From the NCBI GenBank assembly GCA_963695345.1, contig OY968769.1, positions 480,001-544,000 on the forward strand: a DNA stretch of 64,000 nucleotides. The letters are read 5' to 3'. This DNA comes from an uncultured Methanomassiliicoccales archaeon (GTDB taxonomy: Archaea > Thermoplasmatota > Thermoplasmata > Methanomassiliicoccales > UBA472). Under the pieces are notes generated by a model. The model saw only the letters and a program-made list of their open reading frames with translations. It searched no databases and was not told where the DNA came from. Positions 22,007 to 31,493 of this stretch are shown here, one piece after another. How positions within the stretch are numbered: position 1 is the first letter of the stretch; each line of letters begins with the position of its first letter. Made by a program: the position numbers and the translations under genes.

Positions 22007-22290
22007 CGGCTGAATATCCGATCAAGTTCAGGGTCCTCGAGCTGTTCAGTGACGGCAAGGACCACTGGAACAGCGAGATAGTCAAGACCATCATGAAAGA
22101 GTACGGGATCACCTCGGACTTCGGCAGGGACTCCATCAACTTCGACCTCATCGAACTGGCCGCGGGCGGCATGATCAAGGAGATCGATGTCAAACTGGAT
22201 GACGGTTCCTACAAGAAGGAGGCGTTGCTGCACAAGTATGTGATCACCGACTTCGGGAAGGTCCGCCAGAAGGACACCTGTGTGATGTAA
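22003..22290 (+). CDS. Hypothetical protein (wHTH-like) coupled to mttP
   Basis: ATGA overlap with the mttP stop; ends with YVITDFG, typical of winged-helix C-termini. Confidence 0.7.
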   Translation: MTAEYPIKFRVLELFSDGKDHWNSEIVKTIMKEYGITSDFGRDSINFDLIELAAGGMIKEIDVKLDDGSYKKEALLHKYVITDFGKVRQKDTCVM

Positions 22291-22305
22291 TAAGGAGGAA
22301 ACAAA

Positions 22306-22443
22306 ATGACAAACGCAGAAGTAATGGTCGATTATTTCGCTAACGGTTTCATCCCAAGCTCCGACATACTCTACATGGTGGTCATCGTGGCGGTCGCCGC
22401 GATAGCTCTGTGGCAAGCGAGAGTATTCGTCGCTAAGTTCTGA
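22306..22443 (+). CDS. 45-aa single-TM small protein (not in the ORF track)
   Basis: AAGGAGG RBS, then MTNAEVMVDYFANGFIPSSDILYMVVIVAVAAIALWQARVFVAKF and TGA. Confidence 0.7.
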   Translation: MTNAEVMVDYFANGFIPSSDILYMVVIVAVAAIALWQARVFVAKF

Positions 22444-22662
22444 CGCATGGAAGGTATCTACCTGACGAAAGAACTGAGACCACAAACCCTTTCCCCATCT
22501 TTCCTTTCAATATACTATCAACAGACCGGGGCTCAGAAAATAATGAAAGAGACAAACCCGATATCATCGCCGGAATTCACCTATCCTGGATCAGAGCCAG
22601 ATAGCAAAGAAAACCTTAAATTCGGAGTCGTTCATCAATCCTTAGCTGAGCAATCTCACAAT

Positions 22663-22733
22663 GGAGGGTTGGTCAGGGACCGCCGGGCCTCTACAGCTAT
22701 GGCAGCCGGGTTCGATTCCCGGGCCCTTCGCCA
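22663..22733 (+). tRNA. pylT: tRNA-Pyl (anticodon CUA)
   Basis: Acceptor GGAGGGT/GCCCTTC + G + CCA; D-stem GGTC/GACC with 3-nt loop; interrupted anticodon stem with CT-CTA-CA loop (CTA at 22691-93); T-arm CCGGG-TTCGATT-CCCGG; directly upstream of pylS. Confidence 0.93.
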
Positions 22734-22771
22734 CTATTCTCAACGCATCCTCTTACCCCGAGGTGGATAGG

Positions 22772-23599
22772 ATGCCGATTATCTGGACCTCTTCCCAATC
22801 CCAGAGAATTCGAGAGCTGGGCGGGGAACCCAAGCAGAATGAGGAGTTCCCCACGGAGGAAGAGAGGGAGAAAGCTTTCTCGGTGCTAATCGAGAAGCTT
22901 CAATCTCAACACCGAAAGATGATCCGCGATCTCTCCGCCAATCCCCGCAGGCACCAGCTTGCCGAGCTGGAGGGTTCTTTGGCCAACATGCTTGTGGGCA
23001 AGGGATTCCTCGAAGTAAGGACTCCTACCATCATTTCCTACGAGGCCCTCAGGAAGATGGGGATCACGAAGGAGCACCCCCTCTACGAACAGGTCTTCTG
23101 GCTTGATGAGAAGAGGTGCCTGCGGCCGATGCTGGCACCCAACCTGTACTTTCTCATGAGACAACTGAAACGGAACGTGAAGATGCCGTTGATGATGTTC
23201 GAGATCGGGACCTGTTACCGCAAGGAGTCACACGGCAATTCTCACCTCGAGGAGTTTACCATGCTGAACCTCGTGGAGATGAGGCCGGACATTGACGCGA
23301 CAGAGCGGTTGAGAGAGCATATCGTGTCCGTCATGGACCTCATCGGCCTGAGATATGAACTGGTGGCCGCCGAGTCCGAGGTATATGTCAGCACCATCGA
23401 TGTGGAGGTCGGTGGTGTGGAGGTCGCATCGGGCGCGGTTGGACCCCATGTCCTTGACAAGGCCCACGGGATCACAGACCCATGGGCGGGAGTGGGGTTC
23501 GGGTTGGAACGCCTGCTTCTGATGAAGAGCGGCGACCTGAACATCAAGAAGGTGGGTCGGAGCCTGATCTACCTCAACGGAGCTAGGATCGATATCTGA
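22772..23599 (+). CDS. pylS: Pyrrolysyl-tRNA synthetase, catalytic domain only (no N-terminal domain), 275 aa
   Basis: LRPMLAPNLY, FEIGTCYRKE, HLEEFTMLNLVE, PWAGVGFGLERL; GAGGTGG RBS before ATG 22772. Confidence 0.95.
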   Translation: MPIIWTSSQSQRIRELGGEPKQNEEFPTEEEREKAFSVLIEKLQSQHRKMIRDLSANPRRHQLAELEGSLANMLVGKGFLEVRTPTIISYEALRKMGITKEHPLYEQVFWLDEKRCLRPMLAPNLYFLMRQLKRNVKMPLMMFEIGTCYRKESHGNSHLEEFTMLNLVEMRPDIDATERLREHIVSVMDLIGLRYELVAAESEVYVSTIDVEVGGVEVASGAVGPHVLDKAHGITDPWAGVGFGLERLLLMKSGDLNIKKVGRSLIYLNGARIDI

Positions 23600-23601
23600 G
23601 G

Positions 23602-24696
23602 GTGAACAAGATGATTGCAGAGGATGATCTAGATATCATAATGTCAAAGGCCCGTGACGGGCGGGTTCTGGGCGATGGAGAGATCGCCTATCTCCTGGGC
23701 CTTCGCGATGAGCTGTCCGTCGGAAAGCTTTTCGAAGCGGCGCGCGACGTAAGGGACAGGAACTTCGGCCACAAGGTGTTCCTGTATGGCTTCGTTTACT
23801 TTTCGACCCACTGCCGGAACAACTGTTCCTTCTGCTTCTACAGAAGATCCAACGAAGAGAGCGTGAGGTACCGTAAGAACCGGGAGGAGATCATCGGCCT
23901 GGCCACTGCGCTGGAGGATTCCGGCATCCACCTGGTCGACCTGACCATGGGGGAGGACCCGCTGTACCACGGCAAGGCCGGCCACCACGAACTGATCGAC
24001 CTGGTCCAGAACGTGAACGATTCGGTCAACGTGCCCATCATGGTATCCCCTGGCGTAATGCCCAGGGAGATGTTCGCCTCGCTGCGGAACGCCGGGACGG
24101 ATTGGTTCGCGTGCTATCAGGAGACCCATAACCGTGAGCTCTTCAGCAAACTGCGCCCCGACCAGGACTACGACGTCCGCCTGAACCAAAAGACCTGGGC
24201 CGGGGAGGGGGGAATGCTGACGGAAGAAGGCATCATGATCGGCGTTGGAGAGACGATCGCCGACCGGGTGAACTCCATCAGGATGATGGGAAGGCTGGGA
24301 GTGCAACAGGTGAGGGCCATGACCTTCGTTCCGCAGGCGAACACCCCGATGCAGGGGATGCCTTCAACGTTGATGATCGAGGAATTGGTGACCCTGGCGG
24401 TCATGCGGCTGGTGCACCAGGATAAGCTCATCCCGGCCAGCCTGGACATCGAAGGAGTCAAGGGTCTGCGCCCACGATTGGATGCAGGCGCGAACGTGAT
24501 CACGTCCATAATCCCCCCTAGCAGAGGCCTGGCAGGAGTAGCCCAGCATGAACTGGACATTGAGAATGGGGAACGATCGAAGGGCAATATCGAGGACATG
24601 CTGGACGCGATCGGGATCAAGGTCGCCAGATTGTCCGAGTACACTGGCCTGATCGCCTCCCGGAAGGACAGGCTGGGAATCGAGGTGATCCAGTGA
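23602..24696 (+). CDS. pylB: 3-methylornithine synthase (radical SAM)
   Basis: FLYGFVYFSTHCRNNCSFC (CxxxCxxC), DLTMGED, YQETH, IPASLD, GANVITSIIP. Confidence 0.95.
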   Translation: MNKMIAEDDLDIIMSKARDGRVLGDGEIAYLLGLRDELSVGKLFEAARDVRDRNFGHKVFLYGFVYFSTHCRNNCSFCFYRRSNEESVRYRKNREEIIGLATALEDSGIHLVDLTMGEDPLYHGKAGHHELIDLVQNVNDSVNVPIMVSPGVMPREMFASLRNAGTDWFACYQETHNRELFSKLRPDQDYDVRLNQKTWAGEGGMLTEEGIMIGVGETIADRVNSIRMMGRLGVQQVRAMTFVPQANTPMQGMPSTLMIEELVTLAVMRLVHQDKLIPASLDIEGVKGLRPRLDAGANVITSIIPPSRGLAGVAQHELDIENGERSKGNIEDMLDAIGIKVARLSEYTGLIASRKDRLGIEVIQ

Positions 24697-25862
24697 AGGT
24701 GGGCATCGTGGGCGGGGCGCTGCAGGGAACGGAAGCGGTCTACCTGTCCCGGAAGGCGGGAATCGAGACGGTCGTGCTCGACCGGAGAAGACGGGCGCCC
24801 GCCATGTCGCTGGCGGATGAGGCGGTGAACGTCGACATCATCAAGGAACCTAGACGGGCCGTACGGGTTTTCGAGGACTGTGACGCCGTCATTCCGGCGA
24901 ACGAGAACTATGAGACGCTGACCGCTCTGGTCAAGCAGTTCGAGAATATCGATGTCCCGCTCATGTTCGACATGGAGTCATACGACCTCTCGTCATCCAA
25001 GGTCCGCTCCAATGAGATGATGAGGAAGCTCAACATCCCCATGCCCGGGGATTGGCCGGGATGCGGGTTCCCGGCCGTGGTGAAGCCTTCCGGTCAAAGC
25101 GGCAGCACCGGCGTCGTGAAGGCGACCGACCAGCAGCAGCTGGAGGAAGGGATGGACCGGGTGCGGAGCATTGGCGACGATTGTGTGGTGCAGGAGTTCG
25201 TTGAAGGTCCAAACATATCCGTGGAGGTCATCGGGAACGGTATCGAGATGGTGCCCCTGGTCATCACCGAGGTAGTTTTGGACGACCAGTACGACTGCAA
25301 GATGGTCCGTTCCCCCTACCGAAAGCTCGATGCGGATACCGAGCTCATCTTCCTGGCGGCCAGCGAAAAGATGGCCCAGAGCATGACCCTCAACGGCATA
25401 ATGGATGTGGAGGCGATCGTCAAGGACGGCCTCCCAAAGGTCCTGGAAATTGATGCCCGGATACCTAGCCAGACCCCGGCGGCGGTGCTCGGTTCGAGCG
25501 GTATCAACATCATGTCGATGCTGACGGATTCCTTTGTCAAGGGAAAACTGGAAAAACCCAGACCGACAAGGGAAGGATCGGCCTTCTATGAACATATCGT
25601 CGTCAGCGGCAAGACCATGAGGTCCTGCGGCGAAGGCGTGTTCGCCGAGGTGGACCAGCCCGAGCTAATGCCCGGTCTATTCGGCTCTGACGAGATGATC
25701 ACCGATTACAGGCCAGGGAAGAAGAAGTGGAGGGCCACCATCATAAACTCCGGTCCCTCCGAAGAGAGTGCCTGGCATAAGCGGCTGGCCTGCCTATGGG
25801 AGATCATGGAGCAGACCGGAGTGACGAGATACATCAACCCAACACCGGAGGCAGTGAAATGA
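24693..25862 (+). CDS. pylC: 3-methylornithine--L-lysine ligase (ATP-grasp)
   Basis: GGALQGTE, PANEN, SSSK, QEFVEG, EIDARIPSQTP. Confidence 0.93.
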   Translation: MKVGIVGGALQGTEAVYLSRKAGIETVVLDRRRRAPAMSLADEAVNVDIIKEPRRAVRVFEDCDAVIPANENYETLTALVKQFENIDVPLMFDMESYDLSSSKVRSNEMMRKLNIPMPGDWPGCGFPAVVKPSGQSGSTGVVKATDQQQLEEGMDRVRSIGDDCVVQEFVEGPNISVEVIGNGIEMVPLVITEVVLDDQYDCKMVRSPYRKLDADTELIFLAASEKMAQSMTLNGIMDVEAIVKDGLPKVLEIDARIPSQTPAAVLGSSGINIMSMLTDSFVKGKLEKPRPTREGSAFYEHIVVSGKTMRSCGEGVFAEVDQPELMPGLFGSDEMITDYRPGKKKWRATIINSGPSEESAWHKRLACLWEIMEQTGVTRYINPTPEAVK

Positions 25863-26719
25863 CCCGTTTGACCTATGAGATGATAGAGAACGTCCCGGAC
25901 AGCATGGGTCTTCGCGATGAGCGGCTGAGACACGACCTGGGCATGAACATGAAAGGCCTGGCCTACCTGGCCCTCGGACTCGAGGACGGCGACCTGAACC
26001 TGACCGGCTTCAAAATGGCGGCGGTTCCGGTCACCAGCGGTAAGGGCGTCACCCCGGGCTTTTGCGAATCGGTGTGCGCGATCACCTCGCATCTTGGCAT
26101 GAAAAGCCATGTCACCGAGGGAACGGACGTGACCGGATTCTATCAGGCGATGGAAGCGGGAGCGGACATCGTCTTCATGGCGGACGATCAGGAGTTCGTA
26201 GCTGTCAACATGAGGGAACGAAGGGCAGCGGACAATACGCACTCGACGGCTTTGGGGTACTTCACGGCACTGAAGAGGGCTGTGGGCCCCCTGAAGGGGA
26301 AGGCCGTGCTGGTCATCGGCGCAGGGAGAGTAGGCAGTTGCGCTATCGACCTCCTCGCGGACGAACGGGCTACCATAACGGTGATCGATCCGGACGTTGC
26401 GAAGATAGAGGCGGTGAGAAGGAGATACCCCGAAATCAAAGCGGTGCATGATCTGGAAATGGCGGTCTCCGGGGCGGGCGCCATTCTCAATGCCTCCCCA
26501 GCAAGGATCAAAGGCGAATGGATCCAGGAAGGCGCGGTCATCTCATCCCCGGGAATGCCTTACTCATTTGATGACCTGGGAGAATCCAAGGCCCGGGTTC
26601 TGGTGCACGATCCGCTGCAGATAGGTGTGTCCGTAATGGCTGCCTGGAGCGCCAGCTATTCGATGCATCGTAAGCCGAAGAACATTGCCTGGGCCCATGC
26701 CATAGAGGTCATCCAATGA
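25859..26719 (+). CDS. pylD: 3-methylornithyl-N6-L-lysine dehydrogenase
   Basis: MTRLT, VPVTSGKG, DVTG, MADD, GAGRVG Rossmann motif, HDPLQIG; ATGA overlap with pylC. Confidence 0.93.
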   Translation: MTRLTYEMIENVPDSMGLRDERLRHDLGMNMKGLAYLALGLEDGDLNLTGFKMAAVPVTSGKGVTPGFCESVCAITSHLGMKSHVTEGTDVTGFYQAMEAGADIVFMADDQEFVAVNMRERRAADNTHSTALGYFTALKRAVGPLKGKAVLVIGAGRVGSCAIDLLADERATITVIDPDVAKIEAVRRRYPEIKAVHDLEMAVSGAGAILNASPARIKGEWIQEGAVISSPGMPYSFDDLGESKARVLVHDPLQIGVSVMAAWSASYSMHRKPKNIAWAHAIEVIQ

Positions 26720-28350
26720 CCAAATACGGCATCGCCCTGGACATAGGGACCAGCGGGTTCCGGGCCCAGGCCATCGACCTGGAGAGCAACGAGGTCATCT
26801 CGACGGCGATCACCATAAGGCATCCCATCCCGGGAGCGAACGTGATCGACCACGTCAATTTCGCGGTGGTGGCCGGAAAGGACGAGACCCATCGCCTCAT
26901 GACCGATTCCATCAACCGGCTCCTGGAGAAGCTGGACATCGACCTGGCCAAGGTGGAGCGGATGGCGGTATGCGGAAATCCGTTCCAGCTCTCCCTGTTC
27001 CAGAACATCGAGATCCGAGACCTGGCATATGCCGGGAAGAACATGCTAGATAGGTTGGGGGTAGTGCCCCCCAAGAGGGATGGGGAAATCGTCAAGGCGA
27101 AGGACCTGGACTTGAACCTTTCCCCGGAAACCATGGTGATGATACCCCCGGCGGTCAGCCACGAGATCGGGGCAGACGCGCTGGCCATGCTGCTTATGAC
27201 CGGGATAATGGACCAGAAGGAGCCTTGCCTGGTCATCGACTACGGCACCAACGCGGAGATGGCGCTGGTCGTCAATGGGAACGTCTATTCGGGCTCGGCG
27301 GCGGCCGGGCCTGCCCTGGAAGGACAGCAGGTGGAGATGGGCATGCTGGCGGCACCCGGGGCCATATGTGACGTGAACATCGAACCGGAAGGATGGCACT
27401 GTTCGGTCCTCGATGACGGGTTCATGGCCCTGGAAGGGGACACCATGGATCCGATAGATGGCAGAAGGACCCTGACCGGGAAGATGCATGGTAAGGCCAC
27501 CGGCATCACCGGAACCGGGTTGATAGCGGCGATCGCCAGCGGGATCAGGTCAGGATTGATCGTGCCGCCCAACATCAAGACCCCGGACCATCGTCTGCAT
27601 CTGCAGGATGGAGTGTACATCACGGAGAACGATGTCTCGGAGGCGGGAAAGGCGATCGGGGCCATCAGGGCCGGGTTCCTGACCCTCATGTTAGAGGCGG
27701 GTCTCTGGACAAAGGATGTCAGGACGGCGTTCATGTCAGGGGCCTCTGGACTGTACGTCGACGCGGTGAAGGCGCAGAGCATCGGGTTGGTGCCTCCCGA
27801 GAGCGATCACATCATCCAGCTGGGCAACACCTCACTAGCCATGGCAAGGGAGCTGGTCCTGCGGCCGGAGAGGTTCCAGGAGATGAAATCGTTCGCCAAG
27901 GAGCTGAGGGCCAGCCATTGCATGTTCGCCACCTCGGAGAGGTTCAAGAACATATATTCCATCGAGCTCTCGCTGTGGTACTACTCGATGCCCATGTCGG
28001 CATACAGCGATATGCTGGCCATCTACAAGCTTCCGCCTCTTCCGGCCCAGGCGGCTCACGTCGACGTCGAGAGAAGGATGAGCCGTGACATACCGGACCT
28101 GGGCCGAAAGGGCATCACCATACTGAGGGATATCGGGGTTTCCCTCGAATCCTATCTGGAAGGATGTATCCAATGCGGTAAGTGTTCCGAGGAATGCCCG
28201 GAGGGTGCCATAAGCATCATCGAGACCGGAGACGCATTGAAAGCGGTCATCCGGTCGGAGCTCTGCTCCGGTACGGCCTGCCGCAGATGCGAACAGACCT
28301 GCCCGACCCAGTCGATCAATTTCAACGGCATGAGGGCGAACCGCGGCTGA
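26716..28350 (+). CDS. ramA: Methylamine methyltransferase corrinoid reductive activase
   Basis: ALDIGTSG, HPIPGANVIDH, DYGTNAE, SAAAGPA; C-terminal 2x[4Fe-4S] (CIQCGKCSEECP, CSGTACRRCEQTCP). Confidence 0.93.
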   Translation: MTKYGIALDIGTSGFRAQAIDLESNEVISTAITIRHPIPGANVIDHVNFAVVAGKDETHRLMTDSINRLLEKLDIDLAKVERMAVCGNPFQLSLFQNIEIRDLAYAGKNMLDRLGVVPPKRDGEIVKAKDLDLNLSPETMVMIPPAVSHEIGADALAMLLMTGIMDQKEPCLVIDYGTNAEMALVVNGNVYSGSAAAGPALEGQQVEMGMLAAPGAICDVNIEPEGWHCSVLDDGFMALEGDTMDPIDGRRTLTGKMHGKATGITGTGLIAAIASGIRSGLIVPPNIKTPDHRLHLQDGVYITENDVSEAGKAIGAIRAGFLTLMLEAGLWTKDVRTAFMSGASGLYVDAVKAQSIGLVPPESDHIIQLGNTSLAMARELVLRPERFQEMKSFAKELRASHCMFATSERFKNIYSIELSLWYYSMPMSAYSDMLAIYKLPPLPAQAAHVDVERRMSRDIPDLGRKGITILRDIGVSLESYLEGCIQCGKCSEECPEGAISIIETGDALKAVIRSELCSGTACRRCEQTCPTQSINFNGMRANRG

Positions 28351-28369
28351 CGGGAGTGGGGGATAGACG

Positions 28370-29383
28370 TTGTGCGAGGAGGGAGGCCTGAACAGATGGG
28401 AGAGCACCCAGCCTATGGTCTTGATGTTGGCCATGGTAATCGGGTTGGTGGCTGGAAACTTCATCGGCGGCGCATGGAACGACAGCAACTCCATCATCTA
28501 TGTCAGCCTCATCCTGCTGGTCTACGGGATTGCCCTCGGTACGCCGTTGAGTGCGGTCGCCAGGTCATACAAGAACCGACGGTTCATCGCCATCGCCCTG
28601 ATCGAGAACTTTGTGGTCATTCCCATCATAGGTTTCGTCCTGGCGCTGGGATTCCTCTACTCAACGCCGCTGATATTCGTGGGTTTCATACTCTATGTGG
28701 TCAATCCGTGCACAGATTGGTTCCTGGTCTTCACTGGAATGGCTAAAGGGGATGTCCCGCTGGGCTTGGCCCTCCTCCCCATCAATCTGATCGTCCAGAT
28801 ATTGCTGATCCCGGTGTTCCTCCTGCTTTTCGCGGGCGAGCTGATCACCATCCCGCTTTGGGCGTTCGTGGAAACGTCGGCCGTATTCATCGCGATCCCT
28901 TTCGCCGGTGCGGTCGCGACGAACTGGACGGTGATCCGTTCCAAAGGGATGGACTGGAAGGGCAGGCACATGGGCAAGACCCCGATCCAGATCCAGACCA
29001 TAACCTTGGCCGTGATCATCTTCTTCATGTTCGGGAGCCAGACGCCCATCATCCTCGACAACTTGGTGCCTCTGTCGGTTGTGCTGGTGCCGGTGGCGAT
29101 CTTCATCGTCGCATCCTATCTGGTCGCCAGGTCGGTGGGGATATGGGCCAGACTGAACTATGAGGAGTATGCCCTCCTGACGTGCACGACGATCGCACGC
29201 AACTCGCCGCTGGCGCTGGCGATATCCTATGGACTCTTCCCCGGGGAGCCGCTCATTCAGGTGGCCATCATAATCGGCGTCCTGGTGGAGCTCCCGGCAT
29301 TGGTGCTGGTGGTGAAGGTCCTTAGGAAGGGCAGGGAAGGATACTCGTGCCGGGTGAAGGCGGAGACATCTGGCGGAATATAA
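28370..29383 (+). CDS. ACR3/BASS-family membrane transporter
   Basis: About 10 TM helices; ENFVVIP, PCTDWFLVFTGMAKG, RNSPLALA, GVLVELP. Confidence 0.78.
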   Translation: MCEEGGLNRWESTQPMVLMLAMVIGLVAGNFIGGAWNDSNSIIYVSLILLVYGIALGTPLSAVARSYKNRRFIAIALIENFVVIPIIGFVLALGFLYSTPLIFVGFILYVVNPCTDWFLVFTGMAKGDVPLGLALLPINLIVQILLIPVFLLLFAGELITIPLWAFVETSAVFIAIPFAGAVATNWTVIRSKGMDWKGRHMGKTPIQIQTITLAVIIFFMFGSQTPIILDNLVPLSVVLVPVAIFIVASYLVARSVGIWARLNYEEYALLTCTTIARNSPLALAISYGLFPGEPLIQVAIIIGVLVELPALVLVVKVLRKGREGYSCRVKAETSGGI

Positions 29384-29389
29384 TAAACG

Positions 29390-31396
29390 GTGAGTCAAAT
29401 GAAACTGGGATTGGGCATTGATACGGGCGGAACCTTCACGGACAGCGTGATCATGGACCTGGAGAACGGTCAGGTCATCAGAAAATCCAAGGCCCTCACG
29501 ACAAGGGAGGACCTGGCGATAGGGATAAAGAACTCCCTGTCATCCCTGGGGGAGATGGATATGGGGCAGGTGCGCCTGGTCTCCCTGTCATCGACCCTGG
29601 CGACCAATTCGGTGGTCGAAGGCAAGGGCTGCCGTGTGGCATTGGTCATGATCGGCATGGAACGACGGGAATTCATGCCGGTGGACCACTTCGTGGAGGT
29701 GGCTGGCGGCCACTCGCTCCAAGGCCTGGAACAACAGGTGCTGGATACGGAAAAGGTCGAGGGGTTCATCGAGTCCGTCTCCGGCAAGGTGGACGCCTTC
29801 GCCGTCTCTGGCCTGTTGAGCATCAGGAATCCGGAGCACGAGCTGAAGGTCAAGGACCTGATCGCGGCCAGGTGCTCCCTTCCAGTGGTATGCGGCCATG
29901 AACTGTCATCACAGCTCGGATTCTACGAAAGGACCATCACCGCAGTGCTCAACGCCAAACTGATACCCATAATCGCTGAACTTATCGCCGCCGTCAAGGG
30001 AGTGCTGAATGAACATGGCGTGACCGCTCCCCTGATGATCGTGAAGGGCGATGGCTCGCTCATGAGCGAGAGCATGGCGGCGACGCGTCCGGTGGAGACC
30101 GTGCTTTCCGGCCCGGCCGCAAGCATAGTCGGGGCCAAGTTCCTGACCAAAGAGAAGGACGCGGTAATAGTGGACGTCGGGGGAACCACCACCGACATCG
30201 GCATACTGAGGAACGGCAAGCCCCGGTTGGACCCAGAAGGGGCGCTTATCGGCGGGTGGAGGACTCGGGTCAAGGCGGTAGACATCATGACCTCTGGCAT
30301 AGGTGGTGACAGCCGGATAATCGTCACCAAGGACGGTTTCAGACTGTCGCCGCTCCGGGTAGTGCCGCTGTGCGTCGCCTCGAGGATATATCCGCAGATC
30401 GTCGAAAGCCTGAAGGCCACACTATCGAACTTCCCGCGACAGAGGACCCGATACTACGACGCGAACCTGATCCCCCAGCTGGTGGAGTTCTTCATCTTCT
30501 CGAAGGATGTGCCAGGCATCGATCTTTCGCCGATGGACAGGGCTCTCATCGCCACCGTCAAGAAAGGGCCTATCACGATATTCGGGATCGCCGAGGTCAC
30601 CGGGATCGACCCGTACGCGTACAGCGTCAGGCATCTGGAGGAGCTCGGGATGGTCGCCAGGATCGGCCTCACGCCGACCGATATCCTCCATGCCAACGGC
30701 TCCTATGTGGAGTTCGACAAGGAGGCTTCGGACCTTGGGGTGGAGATACAGTCGAAGGTCATGTCCACCAGCCCAGGCGAGTTCTGCGCCATGGTGAAGC
30801 AAGGGACCATCGACAAGATCGCCAAGGAAGTGCTGCTGAAGCTGATCCAGGAAGATCCGAGGTACGAGGCGGACAACGAACTGAGCCGGCGTTTCATCCA
30901 CAAGCTCGTCACCAGGGAGATGGGCATCGATTACTCCCTCAACCTCAACCTCAACAAGAAGATCATCGGCATAGGGGCACCGGTCAGCGCTTACCTCCCC
31001 GATGTGGCGGCGAAGTTCAACACAGATCTTCTGTTGCCGGTGAACTCCGAGGTAGGGAATGCCGTCGGCGCCATCACCGGGACTGTAATGGAGACCGTCG
31101 AGGTCCAGATTAAGCCCAAGGCAGGGATGAGCAACACCGACAATCCCCCATCGGTCATCTTCACCTCGAAGGGTCGGAAGGCCTTCCCCAACTTGGAGGA
31201 GGCAAAGGCCTTCGCCATCGAATTCGCGAACAAGGAGGCGACGGACCTGGCAATGAAGGCCGGTGCCGACAGCGTTGAGCTTGTCTGCGAGGTACGGGAC
31301 GATTACGGAAAGTTGGGCAACAGCTATGGCGATGGCGGGATCCTGCTGGGAACGACAGTGCTGGTCATGGCCGTGGGAAAGCCCAAAATGCATTGA
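29390..31396 (+). CDS. Hydantoinase/oxoprolinase-family ATP-binding protein
   Basis: GIDTGGTFTD, STLATN, ERTITAVLNA, SGPAAS, DVGGTTTD, GIGGDS, VGNAVGA. Confidence 0.88.
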   Translation: MSQMKLGLGIDTGGTFTDSVIMDLENGQVIRKSKALTTREDLAIGIKNSLSSLGEMDMGQVRLVSLSSTLATNSVVEGKGCRVALVMIGMERREFMPVDHFVEVAGGHSLQGLEQQVLDTEKVEGFIESVSGKVDAFAVSGLLSIRNPEHELKVKDLIAARCSLPVVCGHELSSQLGFYERTITAVLNAKLIPIIAELIAAVKGVLNEHGVTAPLMIVKGDGSLMSESMAATRPVETVLSGPAASIVGAKFLTKEKDAVIVDVGGTTTDIGILRNGKPRLDPEGALIGGWRTRVKAVDIMTSGIGGDSRIIVTKDGFRLSPLRVVPLCVASRIYPQIVESLKATLSNFPRQRTRYYDANLIPQLVEFFIFSKDVPGIDLSPMDRALIATVKKGPITIFGIAEVTGIDPYAYSVRHLEELGMVARIGLTPTDILHANGSYVEFDKEASDLGVEIQSKVMSTSPGEFCAMVKQGTIDKIAKEVLLKLIQEDPRYEADNELSRRFIHKLVTREMGIDYSLNLNLNKKIIGIGAPVSAYLPDVAAKFNTDLLLPVNSEVGNAVGAITGTVMETVEVQIKPKAGMSNTDNPPSVIFTSKGRKAFPNLEEAKAFAIEFANKEATDLAMKAGADSVELVCEVRDDYGKLGNSYGDGGILLGTTVLVMAVGKPKMH

Positions 31397-31493
31397 CCTG
31401 AACGGATACCACACATGGTGCGGCCGTTACTGCTGGGAGCGCCCCCATGACATTAGATTAACCATTGACGTGGATGATACCGGAAGGAAGGAA

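Noticed and set aside
22661-22771. 37-aa N-terminal extension of PylS (ORF starting at 22661) as a PylSn-like domain
   Set aside because: It overlaps the tRNA-Pyl gene, and the RBS supports the ATG at 22772.
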